NCBI GenBank assembly: GCA_963762145.1
Contig: CAVXJS010000014.1
Span: 576,001 to 640,000, forward strand
Source: an uncultured Candidatus Rokubacteria bacterium
GTDB lineage: Bacteria > Methylomirabilota > Methylomirabilia > Rokubacteriales > CSP1-6
Direction: 5' to 3'
Length of the DNA stretch: 64,000 nt
In this document: in pieces, positions 50,406 to 60,677 of the stretch
Layout: each line of letters begins with the position of its first letter
How positions within the stretch are numbered: the first letter of the stretch is position 1
Made by a program: the position numbers and the translations under genes
The notes under the pieces: model-generated
What the model was told of the DNA's origin: nothing
What the model saw: only the letters and a program-made list of their open reading frames with translations
Databases searched by the model: none

Positions 50406-51343
50406 TGGCCACCCACAAGCCCGCGATCAAGCAGATCGCCTCGGGGCTGCGGTTCCCCGAGGGTCCGGTGGCGATGCCGGACGGCTCCGTCATCCTGGTC
50501 GAGATCGAGCGCCGGACGCTCTCGCGCGTGACGCCGGACGGGAAGGTCCACGTGATCGCCACCCTCGGCGGCGGCCCGAACGGCGCCGCGATGGGCCCGG
50601 GCGGCAAGATGTACGTGACCAACAACGGCGGCCTCAAGTTCGTGGACCGCCCGGGCAAGCTCTTCCCGGTGGCCCAGGCCGACGACTACTCGACCGGCAG
50701 CATCCAGGTGGTGGATCCCGAGACGGGCAAGTTCGACACGCTCTACGACCGCTGCGACGGCCAGCGCCTGCGCGGGCCGAACGACCTGGTGTTCGACGGG
50801 GCGGGCGGCTTCTGGTTCACCGATCTGGGCAAGACGCGCGAGCGCGACAGCGACCGCGGCGTCGTCTACTACGCCAAGGCCGACGGCTCCTCGATCAAGG
50901 AGGCGATCTTCCCGCTCGAGCGGCCCAACGGCATCGGCCTCTCGCCCGACGAGAAGACGCTCTACGTGGTCGAGACCCCGACCGCGCGCTGCTGGGCCTT
51001 CAAGCTCTCCGGGCCCGGTCAGATCGAGTCGGCGAACGGCCCGTACCGCGGCGAGAAGGGCACCGTGATCTCCGGGCTCGGCGGCTACCAGATGTTCGAT
51101 TCGCTCGCGGTGGACGGCGAGGGGCACGTCTGCGTGGCCACCCTGATCACCGGGGCGGTGAGCGACATCTGGCCCGACGGCAGCCGGGTGGACCAGTTCA
51201 TGCTGCCGGACATGATGGTCACCAACGTGTGCTTCGGCGGCAAGGACCTCCGCACCGCGTACGCGACGCTCTCGATGGGCGGCACCCTCGTGTCGTTCGA
51301 CTGGCCGCGCGCGGGGCTCGCGCTGCGGCATCTGAACCGCTGA
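50405..51343 (+). CDS. SMP-30/gluconolactonase family protein
   Basis: GLRFPEGP, GPNG, PNDLVFD, PNGIGLSPD and TNVCFGG motifs. Confidence 0.9.
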   Translation: MATHKPAIKQIASGLRFPEGPVAMPDGSVILVEIERRTLSRVTPDGKVHVIATLGGGPNGAAMGPGGKMYVTNNGGLKFVDRPGKLFPVAQADDYSTGSIQVVDPETGKFDTLYDRCDGQRLRGPNDLVFDGAGGFWFTDLGKTRERDSDRGVVYYAKADGSSIKEAIFPLERPNGIGLSPDEKTLYVVETPTARCWAFKLSGPGQIESANGPYRGEKGTVISGLGGYQMFDSLAVDGEGHVCVATLITGAVSDIWPDGSRVDQFMLPDMMVTNVCFGGKDLRTAYATLSMGGTLVSFDWPRAGLALRHLNR

Positions 51344-52238
51344 TGCAGGTCGGGGTCTGGATCCCGAACTGCCGGCACCTCGCGACACCGGACATCATCC
51401 GGCGCACCGCGGTGCGCGCCGAGCAGCTCGGCTACGACTCGGTGTGGGTGAGCGACCACGTGGTGGTGCCCGACGCCAACGTGGACCGGATCGGCGCCGG
51501 CATCTTCGACCCGCTGGTGACCCTCGCGGTGGCGGCGGGGGCGACGAGCCGCGTGCGCCTCGGCACCACCGTGCTGATCGTGCCCTACCGCAACCCGGTG
51601 GTGACCGCCAAGATGGTCTCCTCGCTCGACGCGCTCTCCGGCGGCCGCGTGGTGCTGGGCGTGGGCGCGGGCTGGCTCGCCGAGGAGAGCGCCGCCCTCG
51701 GCGTGCCCTTCGCGGAGCGGGGCGCGATGACCGACGAGTACCTGGCCGCGATGCGGGAGCTGTGGACCAGCCCCGCGCCGTCCTTCGCGGGCAAGTACAC
51801 GCGGTTCAGCGGCCTCAAGTTCGAGCCGAAGCCGGTCCAGCAGCCGCACCCGCCGATCTGGGTCGGCGGCCACGGCCGCGCCTCGCTCCGCCGCGCGGCC
51901 GAGATCGGCGCCGCGTGGCACCCGATCAACCGCTCCCCGAGGAGCTGCGGGCCGGCCGTGCGGAGCTGGCCGCGCTCTGCACCGCGCGCGGGCGCGGGGT
52001 GCCGCCGATCGCGCTCCGCAACGACCTCTGCGTGCTGCGGCCGGGCGGGCGCCCCGGCACCTCGGTGCGTGGCGGCAGCGTGCTGGTGGGCGAGCCCGCC
52101 GCGCTGGTGGACCGCCTCGCCGAGCTGCACGCGGTCGGCGTCGAGCATCTCGTGATCGAGTTCCTCGCCCCCGACGGTTCCGAGCTCGACGAGCAGATGG
52201 CGCTCTTCGCCGAGCGCGTCCGACCCAAGCTCGCGTGA
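51343..52238 (+). CDS. LLM-class oxidoreductase, frameshift near 51938
   Basis: VWVSDHVV, LDALSGGR, GAGWL.EE and PKPVQ motifs; the C-terminus (GVEHLVIE...FAERVRP) lies in another frame. Confidence 0.85.
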
Positions 52239-53041
52239 CCGCGCCCCGGATGGCGGTCCACCGGTTTGGCCGCGGGCCGGATCTCGTGCTCTTCCACGGC
52301 GGCATGGGCTCCTGGAAGCACTGGATCCGCAACGTCGACGCCCTCGCGGCGCGCTTCACCGTGCACGCGCTCGATCATCCGTCCTATGGCGACTCCGCGG
52401 CCGTGCCGCGCGAGACCACCGGCCCGCAGTACCTCGACCTGGTCGAGGCGCTGCTCCTCGAGGCGCTGCCGGGCGAGGCGCCGCTCCGGATGGCCGGCTT
52501 CTCGTTCGGCGCCGCGATCGGGGCCAGCATGGCCCGGCGCCTGGGCCCGCGGGTGAGCCACCTCTGCCTGATCTCGCCCGGCGGCTTCCCGATGCGGAAG
52601 TTCGGCGAGCGGCCGATCCGCAGCTACAAGGAGGCCGGCGGCGATGACCGGCTCTTTCGCGAGATCTGCCGCCACAACCTGCTCGTCAACATGCTGAGCG
52701 ATCCCGCGAGCGTCTCCGAGGAGACGGTGGACATCCAGGCGGACCTGGTGCGACGAACCCGTTTCGATAGTCGGAAAGTCAGCGCCGGCGGTACGCTCCT
52801 CGGCGACCTCGCGGAGGTGGCCCGGCGGGGCGGGAAGATCCGCCTGCTGTGGGGCGATCGCGACGACTCCACGTTCCGCCCCGCCAAGCTGCTCATCGGC
52901 GAGATCCAGGGCGCCGTCCCGGGTCTCGACCTGCACCGCATCCCGAAGGCCGGCCACTGGTCGGCCTACGAGAACGCGCCCGAGGTCAACCGCCTGCTGC
53001 TGGAGTTCTTCGGCGGCGGCGCAGAAGAGAGGTCACCATGA
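52235..53041 (+). CDS. Alpha/beta hydrolase
   Basis: FHGGMGSW, GFSFG, LWGDRD and AGHW motifs. Confidence 0.88.
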   Translation: MTAPRMAVHRFGRGPDLVLFHGGMGSWKHWIRNVDALAARFTVHALDHPSYGDSAAVPRETTGPQYLDLVEALLLEALPGEAPLRMAGFSFGAAIGASMARRLGPRVSHLCLISPGGFPMRKFGERPIRSYKEAGGDDRLFREICRHNLLVNMLSDPASVSEETVDIQADLVRRTRFDSRKVSAGGTLLGDLAEVARRGGKIRLLWGDRDDSTFRPAKLLIGEIQGAVPGLDLHRIPKAGHWSAYENAPEVNRLLLEFFGGGAEERSP

Positions 53042-53881
53042 GCCCGAATCGTCAGCCGGTCGCCGTCGTGGTGGGCGCGACCTCCAAGTGGCAGGCCGAT
53101 GGCCGCAACACCAAGCTCGCACACGGCAAGGCGCTCGACGACCGCGACCTGCCGGTGGGGATCCGCTGGGGCGTCGGCGGCGCGATCGCGCAGAAGTTCG
53201 CCAAGGAGGGCTTCGTCGTCGTGCTCACGACGCGGAAGTCGGCCAACGCGACCGCGCTCGACGAGGCGATCCGCGACGCAGGGCGGGGCGAGCACGATCG
53301 TCGAGCTGGACCTGGCGTCCGACGCCTCGATCTCGAAGGCCTTCGCGACGATCCGGGAGCGGCACGGCGATCCCGAGGTCCTGGTCTACAACGCGGGCTA
53401 CCTCGAGGGCCGCGACCTGCCGCCGGACAAGGAGCTGCTGGAGCACGTCCCGGTCGAGATCTTCGAGACCGCGCAGCACATCGCGAGCCGCGGGCCGTTC
53501 CTGGTCGCCAAGGAGGTGCTGCCCGCCATGCGCAAGCGCGGGGCCGGCTCGTTCCTGATCTCGAACAACTCGTCGTCCCTGCGGGGCCGCAAGCGCCTGA
53601 CCGGGCAATCGCTCTACTACCCGCGGGTCATGATGCGCACGCTGGCCCAGGTGCTGACCGAGGAGTACTCCGAGCACGGCGTGCACGTGGCGAACGTGGT
53701 GATCGACGGCCTCATCGACTCGCCGGGGACCCGGGCCCTGCCGCGGGCCCAGAAGCAGCCGGAGATCGTCATGAACCCCGTGAAGATCGCGGAGGCGTTC
53801 TACTACCTGCACACCCAGGACCGGTCCTGCTGGACGCACGAGCTGCAGCTGACGCCGTTTTCGACCAAGCCTAGTTTCTAG
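53038..53881 (+). CDS. Atypical SDR-family oxidoreductase, frameshift near 53278
   Basis: GGAIAQKFA, LVYNAG, GVHVANVVIDG and WTHEL motifs. Confidence 0.8.
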
Positions 53882-53903
53882 GCTGGGCTATAGTCGAGAA
53901 GGC

Positions 53904-55154
53904 ATGCGCGACCAGAAGATCTTCTACGGCTGGTGGGTGGTGGGCGCGTTCTCGGTCACCACCTTCATGTCGACCGGCGTGCGCCACGCGGTCGGCCCCT
54001 TCCTGAAGCCGATGGTCGCGGATCTCGGCCTCGACCGCGCCAGCTTCTCGGCGGTGGTCGCGCTGAGCCTCTTCCTCTACGGGGTCTTCATGCCGCTCGC
54101 GGGCATGGCCCTCGACCGCTTCAGCGTGCGGGTGGTCACCACCGCGGGCACGCTGCTGCTGGTGGTCTCGCTGGTGCTGACCGCCTACGTGCGGAGCTTC
54201 TGGGAGTTCGCCGCGGTCTACGGCGTCCTGGTGCCGCTCGGGCTGGCCGGCACCGGCCCCGTGATCGCCTCGGGCGTCGTGGCGCGCTGGTTCAGCCGCC
54301 GGCGGGGCACCGCGCTCTCGGTGCTCGGCAGCGCGTCGATGACCGGGATGAGCCTGCTCGTGCCCGCGGTGACGTGGCTGATCCTCACCGCCGGGTGGCG
54401 CCACACCTACGTGGTGATCGCGGGGCTGGTGCTGGTGATCTCCCTGCCGCTCTGCCTCTGGGTGATGCGCGACTCGCCGGAGTCCGTCGGGCTGACCGCC
54501 GACGGCGCGCCGCGGCTGCCCGGGGTGCCGGCCGATTCCGTCGAGCGGGTGACCGCGGGTGAGGCGCTCCGCACCCTCGCCTTCTGGCAGCTCGCCGGCT
54601 CCTTCTTCACCTGCGGCTTCTCGATGAGCCTGCTCTCCGCCCACGGCATCCCCATGCTCACCGACCACGGCTACACCCCGATGGTCGCCTCGTGGGCGAT
54701 GGGCGTGCTCGGCGGCTCGAGCATCGTCTTCACGATCATGCTCGGCGCGCTGTCCGACCGCTTCGGGCGCCGCCCGGTACTGGCCTCGATCTACGCGGGC
54801 CGCATCTTCATCTTCACCGGGCTCTTCCTCATCCGCGACAACCCTACCGCGCTGCTCGTGGTCGCGGTGCTGGGCGGGATCACCCTGGCCGGCACCGGCT
54901 CGATGACCTCGGCGCTCACCGCCGACATCTACGGGCGCTTCTCGGTCAGCTCGGTGTTCGGCCTGATCTTCCTGGTGCACCAGACCGGCTCGGCGCTGGG
55001 CTCCTGGCTGGCCGGGGCGCTGTTCGAATCGACCGGAGGCTACGGTCCGGCCTACGTGCTGGCCTGCGGACTCCTGCTCGCCGCCGCGATCGTCGCGCTC
55101 AACGTCGACAAGGACGCGCGCCGCATCTGGCGCGCCGCCACCGTCTCGGGCTAG
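53904..55154 (+). CDS. MFS transporter (YbfB/OFA-like)
   Basis: FYGWWVV, VARWF.RRRG.A, GALSDRFGRR and HQTGSALG motifs. Confidence 0.9.
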   Translation: MRDQKIFYGWWVVGAFSVTTFMSTGVRHAVGPFLKPMVADLGLDRASFSAVVALSLFLYGVFMPLAGMALDRFSVRVVTTAGTLLLVVSLVLTAYVRSFWEFAAVYGVLVPLGLAGTGPVIASGVVARWFSRRRGTALSVLGSASMTGMSLLVPAVTWLILTAGWRHTYVVIAGLVLVISLPLCLWVMRDSPESVGLTADGAPRLPGVPADSVERVTAGEALRTLAFWQLAGSFFTCGFSMSLLSAHGIPMLTDHGYTPMVASWAMGVLGGSSIVFTIMLGALSDRFGRRPVLASIYAGRIFIFTGLFLIRDNPTALLVVAVLGGITLAGTGSMTSALTADIYGRFSVSSVFGLIFLVHQTGSALGSWLAGALFESTGGYGPAYVLACGLLLAAAIVALNVDKDARRIWRAATVSG

Positions 55155-55164
55155 CGCCCGGGCC

Positions 55165-56751
55165 TCACCGGCCCAGCGCGAAGCCCGCGTAGCCCCTGGC
55201 CGCCACCTCGTCGCACTTCTGGCGGTAGACCCCGACGCCCCCGATGTAGGGCATGAACACGCGCGGCTTGCCCGGGATGTTCGCGCCCATGTACCAGGAC
55301 GGGGCGAGCGGGTAGAGCGTCATGTGGCCCACCTCGTTGACGTGCTGGACCCACGCCTCCTGGGCCTCCGCGGTCGCCTCGATGGTCGAGAGGCCGCGCT
55401 CGCGCAGGTGGGTGACGCAGTCGGCGATCCAGTCCACGTGCTGCTCGATCGACACGATCATGTTGCTCAGCACCGACGGGCTGCCGGGGCCGGTGATCAT
55501 GAAGAGGTTCGGGAAGCCCTCGACGGTGAGCCCGAGGTAGGTGCGCGGCCCGCCGGCCCACTCGGCGGCGAGCTTCCGGCCGCCGCGCCCGCGGATGTCG
55601 ATGTTGAGCAGCGCGCCGGTCATCGCGTCGAAGCCGGTGGCGAAGACCAGGTCGTCCACCGCGTACTCGACGCCGGCCACCCGCACGCCCTTCGGAGTGA
55701 TCGCCTCGACCGGGTTCTTCTTGACGTCCACCAGCGTCACGTTGTCGCGGTTGAACGTGTCGTAGTAGCCGGTGTCCACGCAGAGCCGCTTGGTGCCGAG
55801 CGGGTAGTGCTGCGGGCACAGGAGATCGGCCACCGCCGGGTCGCGCACGATCGCGCGGATCTTCTCGCGGAAGAACCGGGCCGCGGTGTCGTTGGCCTCC
55901 TTGCTGATGAGCAGATCGGTGTAGGCGGCGGAGAAGCCGAGGCCGCCCCGGCGCCAGCGCTTCTCGTACTCGCGCTCCCGCTCCTCGGCCGGCACCGCCA
56001 GCGCGGAGTCGCCGCTCCGCTCGGTCACGAAGCCGACGCGGGACTCGCGGGCCTGGCGGCGGAAGTCGGCGTAGCCGGCCTTCACGCGGCGCTCGTACTC
56101 CGGATCGAGCGGCGCGTTCTGGGCCGGCATGCTGAAGTTGGGCGTGCGCTGGAACACGTAGAGGTGGCTCGCCTGCTTCGCGATGAGGGGGATCGACTGG
56201 ATCGCGGAGGAGCCGGTGCCGATGACGCCGACCCGGCGGCCGGTGAAGTCCACGCCCTCGTGCGGCCACTTGCCGGTGTGGTACCACTTGCCCGCGAAGC
56301 TTCCGAAGCCCTCGATGTCGGGCACCTGCGCGTCCGACAGGCACCCGGTGGCCATGATGCAGAAGCGCGCGGTCACCCGGTCGCCCCGGTCGGTCTCGAC
56401 CGTCCAGCGGCCGGTCCCCTCGTCGAACCCGGCGGAGGTCACGCGGGTCTCGAACTGGATGTCCCGGCGGAGATCGAAGCGGTCGGCGACGTGGTTGGCG
56501 TACTTCAAGATCTCGGGCTGGGCCGCGTAGCGCTCGGTCCAGCGCCACTCCTGCTGCAGCTCGTCCGAGAACGAGTACGAGTAGTCCATGCTCTCGACGT
56601 CGCAGCGCGCGCCGGGGTAGCGGTTCCAGTACCAGGTGCCGCCGACTCCCTTGCCCGCCTCGTAGACGCGCGCGGTGAGCCCGAGCCCGCGCAGGCGATG
56701 GAGCATGTAGAGCCCGGCGAATCCCGCGCCGACGATCACCGCGTCGACCAT
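55165..56751 (-). CDS. Baeyer-Villiger monooxygenase (cyclohexanone/phenylacetone MO-like)
   Basis: GAGFAG, GGTWYWNRYPGARCD, FxGxxxHxxxW fingerprint (FAGKWYHTGKW), GTGSS and ATGFD motifs. Confidence 0.95.
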   Translation of the reverse strand: MVDAVIVGAGFAGLYMLHRLRGLGLTARVYEAGKGVGGTWYWNRYPGARCDVESMDYSYSFSDELQQEWRWTERYAAQPEILKYANHVADRFDLRRDIQFETRVTSAGFDEGTGRWTVETDRGDRVTARFCIMATGCLSDAQVPDIEGFGSFAGKWYHTGKWPHEGVDFTGRRVGVIGTGSSAIQSIPLIAKQASHLYVFQRTPNFSMPAQNAPLDPEYERRVKAGYADFRRQARESRVGFVTERSGDSALAVPAEEREREYEKRWRRGGLGFSAAYTDLLISKEANDTAARFFREKIRAIVRDPAVADLLCPQHYPLGTKRLCVDTGYYDTFNRDNVTLVDVKKNPVEAITPKGVRVAGVEYAVDDLVFATGFDAMTGALLNIDIRGRGGRKLAAEWAGGPRTYLGLTVEGFPNLFMITGPGSPSVLSNMIVSIEQHVDWIADCVTHLRERGLSTIEATAEAQEAWVQHVNEVGHMTLYPLAPSWYMGANIPGKPRVFMPYIGGVGVYRQKCDEVAARGYAGFALGR

Positions 56752-58058
56752 CACGCCTCCTCGTGTACCGGCACCACGTAGGGCCCCTCGGGGACGAAGG
56801 CCACGCGGGGATCCCGGTGCCGCGCCATGCTGTCCGCGATCGCGCCGGCCAGATCGGTCACGCGCTCGACGCCGGTCAGGGCCGCGTCGCGCGCGTCGAG
56901 GCCGTCGGTGTAGAGCCGCACGCGGCCGACCCGCATGGGCTTGAGCTGCATCTGGGTCTGCCACTCGTCGATGTCGGCGTGGGGCTTCCCGGCGATGCTC
57001 GACGCGAAGCCGTCCGCGCCGAGGTCCACGAGACGGCGCTGCGCTTCCACGTAGTGCCTGGACCCCATGCCCTCCGAGCACGCGGACGCCACGATGAGGT
57101 CGCCGCCCGGCGCCAGGATGTCGAGGGGGCCGACCATGCCCTTGACGGTCTGGTAGTACGTCTTGTCGAGCGGATAGCCGGCCGCGCTGGTGACCACGGT
57201 CTGGAACCGGCGGCCCACCGGCACGCGCGCGTAGGCGCTCGCGAAGTCGACCGCCCCGAGATGGCTCTGGACCACCTCGCCGAAGTTGACGAAGGCCAGG
57301 CGCCGCCGGTCGTCGATCACGGTGTTGAGCGCGAGCGCGCCGCCGAGCATTCCCATGATGGCGAGCTGCTCCTCGTGGAGCGGGTTGCCGTCCAGCACGC
57401 AGTTGGCCGCGCGCGGGTGCGCCATGAACGCCGCGTTGTGGAACGTGGTGATGGTCTCGGCGTGCGCCACGCCGGGCGCGATGACCTTGCGCCCGCCCGA
57501 CCAGCCGGCCATGAAGTGCGGCTCCACCAGGCCGGTGGCGATGCGGAGCTCGGCCTCGACGAAGCGGCGGTCGAGGCGGACCACCGTGCCGCGGACCGGC
57601 GTGCGGCCGAGCAGCACGTGGTCCCGGTCGGCGCGCGCGTCGTGGTTGGCGACCGTCACCGTCTCGAGCACCCACGGCTCGCCCACCAGCTCGGCCAGCT
57701 CCGCGCCCTCGCTCGGGCGGTGGAGCCCCGTCGCGACCAGGACCGTGATGCCCGCGCGCGGCACGCCCGCGGCCAGCAGGGTGCGGATCAGCGCGGGCAG
57801 GAACAGGCCGTTCGGGACCGGCCGGGTGATGTCGCAGATGAGGATGCAGGCGGAGCGCTTACCGCGGGCGGCCTCGCGCAGCGACGGCCCGCCGACCGGC
57901 TCGGCCAGGGCGTCCTCCACCGCGGCGAGCGGATCGGCCAGCACCGGCATGGCGCGCTTCTCGATCACCGTCGGCACGCAGCCGTCGGGCGGCCGGACGG
58001 GCAGGGTAGAGCGGCCGTACAGGAGGTCGATCGTCACCGGGAGCCTCCCCGCGATCAT
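56751..58058 (-). CDS. larA: Nickel-pincer lactate racemase (LarA) family protein
   Basis: DITRP, ATGLHR, NHD, EPHFMAGWSGGRK and GYPLD..YQTVKG motifs. Confidence 0.85.
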   Translation of the reverse strand: MIAGRLPVTIDLLYGRSTLPVRPPDGCVPTVIEKRAMPVLADPLAAVEDALAEPVGGPSLREAARGKRSACILICDITRPVPNGLFLPALIRTLLAAGVPRAGITVLVATGLHRPSEGAELAELVGEPWVLETVTVANHDARADRDHVLLGRTPVRGTVVRLDRRFVEAELRIATGLVEPHFMAGWSGGRKVIAPGVAHAETITTFHNAAFMAHPRAANCVLDGNPLHEEQLAIMGMLGGALALNTVIDDRRRLAFVNFGEVVQSHLGAVDFASAYARVPVGRRFQTVVTSAAGYPLDKTYYQTVKGMVGPLDILAPGGDLIVASACSEGMGSRHYVEAQRRLVDLGADGFASSIAGKPHADIDEWQTQMQLKPMRVGRVRLYTDGLDARDAALTGVERVTDLAGAIADSMARHRDPRVAFVPEGPYVVPVHEEA

Positions 58059-59508
58059 AGCTCATCCCCGACGCCCACAGGTGCTGCGCGGCGTACGCGC
58101 GCCACGGCCGCCAGCGCTCGGCGCGCGCGAGCAGCGCGACCGGCGTCGGCCGGCGACCCTTCCGGTCGGCCATCGCGCGCATCAGGCCGAGATCGGCGGC
58201 GGGGAACGCATCGGGCTCGCGCATCTCGCGGATCGCGATGTACTGCGCGGTCCACTCGCCGATGCCCGGGAGCGCGCGCAGCTTCACGATCGCCTCCTCG
58301 AGGCTCCGCCGGGGACCGAAGATCTGCGGGTCGGCCACCACCGCGCGCGCCAGCCCACCGAGGGCGGCGGCGCGCGCCCGGGTCAGGCCGAGGCTCGAGA
58401 GGTCGGCGTCGGCCAGCCGCTCCGCGCCGGGAAAGACGTGGCTGAGCCCCTCGCCGCCGCCGGCCAGCGGCTTGCCATAGGCCGCCACCAGCCGGCCCGC
58501 GAGCGTGGCCGCGCCGGCCACTGTGATCTGCTGGCCGAGCAGGGCGCGCACCGCGAGCTCGAAGCCGTCCCACGCGCCCGCCACGCGCAGGCCCGGCCGC
58601 GCCGCCACCAGCGGGGCCAGACGCGGGTCCTCGGACAGGTGCGCGCCGATCACCTCCGGGTCGGCGACCAGGTCGAACACGCGCCGGAGCCGCGCGACGA
58701 TGGTGGGCAGCGCGGAGAGCTGCGGGAACTGGATCGTGGCGCGGAGCGCGTTCCCCGCCGCCGGCCGCACCGCCACCGTGCCGTGCGCCCCGGCGACCTC
58801 GATCGTCCGGGTGTAGCTGTCGCGCGTCACCACCTCGACCCCGGGGATCGCGCGGGCCCGCAGGAACGCGAGCATGGCCGGCCAGTCGTAGGGCGGGCGA
58901 TAGGGGAGGAGGATCGCGACTTCCCCGGTCGGGCCGGGCGAGGCCGTCCCGGGCCCGCGCCGCAGCGTGCTCGGTGCCCGGCCGAAGAGATGCTGAAAGG
59001 TCTCGTTGAACCGGCGGATGCTGCCGAAGCCGGCGGCCAGCGCGACCTCCGACATCGGCAGGCGCGTCTCGTGGATCAGGTGCTTGGCCAGGAGCACCCG
59101 CCGGGTCTGCGCGACCGCGACGGGCGAGGCGCCCAGATGCCGGCGGAAGAGCCGCCGGAGCTGCCGCTCGCCCACGCCGAGCCGCTCGGCGAGCGCCTCC
59201 ACGTCGGCGCCGTCGAGCCCGCCCTTCTCGATCAGCGCGAGCGCCCGCGAGACCGTGTTCGACGTGCCGCGCCACACGCCCAGGTCCGGCGCGCTCTCGG
59301 GCCGGCAGCGCAGGCAGGGGCGGTAGCCCGCCTCCTGGGCGGCCGCGGCCGAGGGATAGAACGTGAGGTTCTCCCGCTTCGGGGTCCGCGCGGGGCAGAT
59401 GGGCCGGCAATAGATGCCGGTGGACTTCACCGCGATGAAGAGCCGTCCATCGAAGCGGGCATCGCGCGTGGCGATGGCCCGGTAGCAGGCGTCGGCGTCC
59501 AGGTCCAT
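58055..59508 (-). CDS. alkA: Ada/AlkA bifunctional regulator / DNA-3-methyladenine glycosylase
   Basis: TGIYCRPIC, RPCLRC, AraC HTH, RALLGQQIT, LPGIGEWTA and WRPWRAYA motifs. The ORF as assembled runs to 57859; a missing base near 58067 would stop it at 58055 with an ATGA overlap on larA. Confidence 0.85.
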
Positions 59509-59630
59509 GGGCTGATCATCACGCACGAGCGGCCCGGCTGTCTCGCGGTTTTCGGCCATCATCGGTGCGGGTCGGTGATGGGGGCCGGATCCCGCCAGCG
59601 GGCCCTGGCCCCCTCTGCGATGATCTGGCC

Positions 59631-60203
59631 ATGGCCACGACCGATGTGCTCTGGGCCGCATGGGAGGGCCGGGGGTTCGAGCATCTCGCGCTCCGGCAGG
59701 AGGCGGGCGCGGTGCGGGCGGACAGCCTCATCATCGCGGTGGACGAAGACCACCGGCCCTTCCGCGCGCGCTACGTCGTGGAGTGCGACGGCGGCTGGGC
59801 GGTGAGGCGGGCGCGCATCGACGTGCTCGAGGAGCCGGAGCGGAGCCTCGAGATCCGGGGGGACGGTCGTGGCGGCTGGACCGATGCCGCGACCGGCTCG
59901 CCGCTGCCGCTCGACGGCTGCGTCGACATCGACATCTACCCGTCGCCCTTCACCAACACGCTGCCGATCCGGCGGCTCGTCGATGCCGTCCCCGGGCGCG
60001 CGGTGGCGATCGACGTCGCGTGGGTCCTGCTGCCCGCGCTCACCATCGAGGCGAAGCCCCAGGAGTACACGCTGCTCGAGCGTCGCGGCCCCGGCTCGCT
60101 CTGGCGCTTCCGGGGACTCGATTCGGACTTCACCGCGGATCTGGCGGTGGACGGCAACGGGCTCGTGCTCGACTACCCGGGGATCGCGCGGCGGGTGCTC
60201 TAG
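59631..60203 (+). CDS. Putative glycolipid-binding domain protein (DUF1089-like)
   Basis: LDGCVDIDI..SPFTNTLPIRR, QEYT and VDGNGLVLDYPG motifs. Confidence 0.82.
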   Translation: MATTDVLWAAWEGRGFEHLALRQEAGAVRADSLIIAVDEDHRPFRARYVVECDGGWAVRRARIDVLEEPERSLEIRGDGRGGWTDAATGSPLPLDGCVDIDIYPSPFTNTLPIRRLVDAVPGRAVAIDVAWVLLPALTIEAKPQEYTLLERRGPGSLWRFRGLDSDFTADLAVDGNGLVLDYPGIARRVL

Positions 60204-60228
60204 CGGAGACCACCCCTCACTTTCACCG

Positions 60229-60262
60229 CCCCTCACCCTGCCCTCTCCCATGAGGGGAGAGG
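60229..60262. repeat. Single family B palindrome
   Basis: CCCCTCACCCTGCCCTCTCCC-ATGAG-GGGAGAGG. Confidence 0.8.
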
Positions 60263-60281
60263 AAGATTTGGAGGTACGACC

Positions 60282-60677
60282 ATGGCGTCGATCAGGCGAG
60301 AGATGCAGGTCAACGCGCGGCCCGAGAAGATCTGGGAGGCGGTGCGGGACGTGGGCGCGGTGCACGAGCGCCTGGCGCCCGGCTTCGTGGTGGACACGAA
60401 GATGGAGGAAGGCGCCCGCGTCGTCACCTTCGCGAACGGGATGATCGCGCGCGAGCTCATCGTGGACGTGGACGACGCGGCGCGCCGCCTCGTCTGGTCG
60501 GTGGTGGGCAGCCCGCGGCTCACCCACCACAATGCCTCGCTGCAGGTCGCGGCCGAAAGGGACGGCGGGAGCCGCGTCGTCTGGATCGCGGACCTGCTGC
60601 CGAACGAGGTCGCCGGCTACATCCAGGCGATGATCGAGCAGGGGATGGCGGTCATGAAGAAGACCCTGGAGCGGTAG
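60282..60677 (+). CDS. SRPBCC (polyketide cyclase/dehydrase) family protein
   Basis: IWEAVRDVG..H.RLAPGFV, RVVTFANG and HHNAS motifs; GGAGG RBS. Confidence 0.85.
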   Translation: MASIRREMQVNARPEKIWEAVRDVGAVHERLAPGFVVDTKMEEGARVVTFANGMIARELIVDVDDAARRLVWSVVGSPRLTHHNASLQVAAERDGGSRVVWIADLLPNEVAGYIQAMIEQGMAVMKKTLER

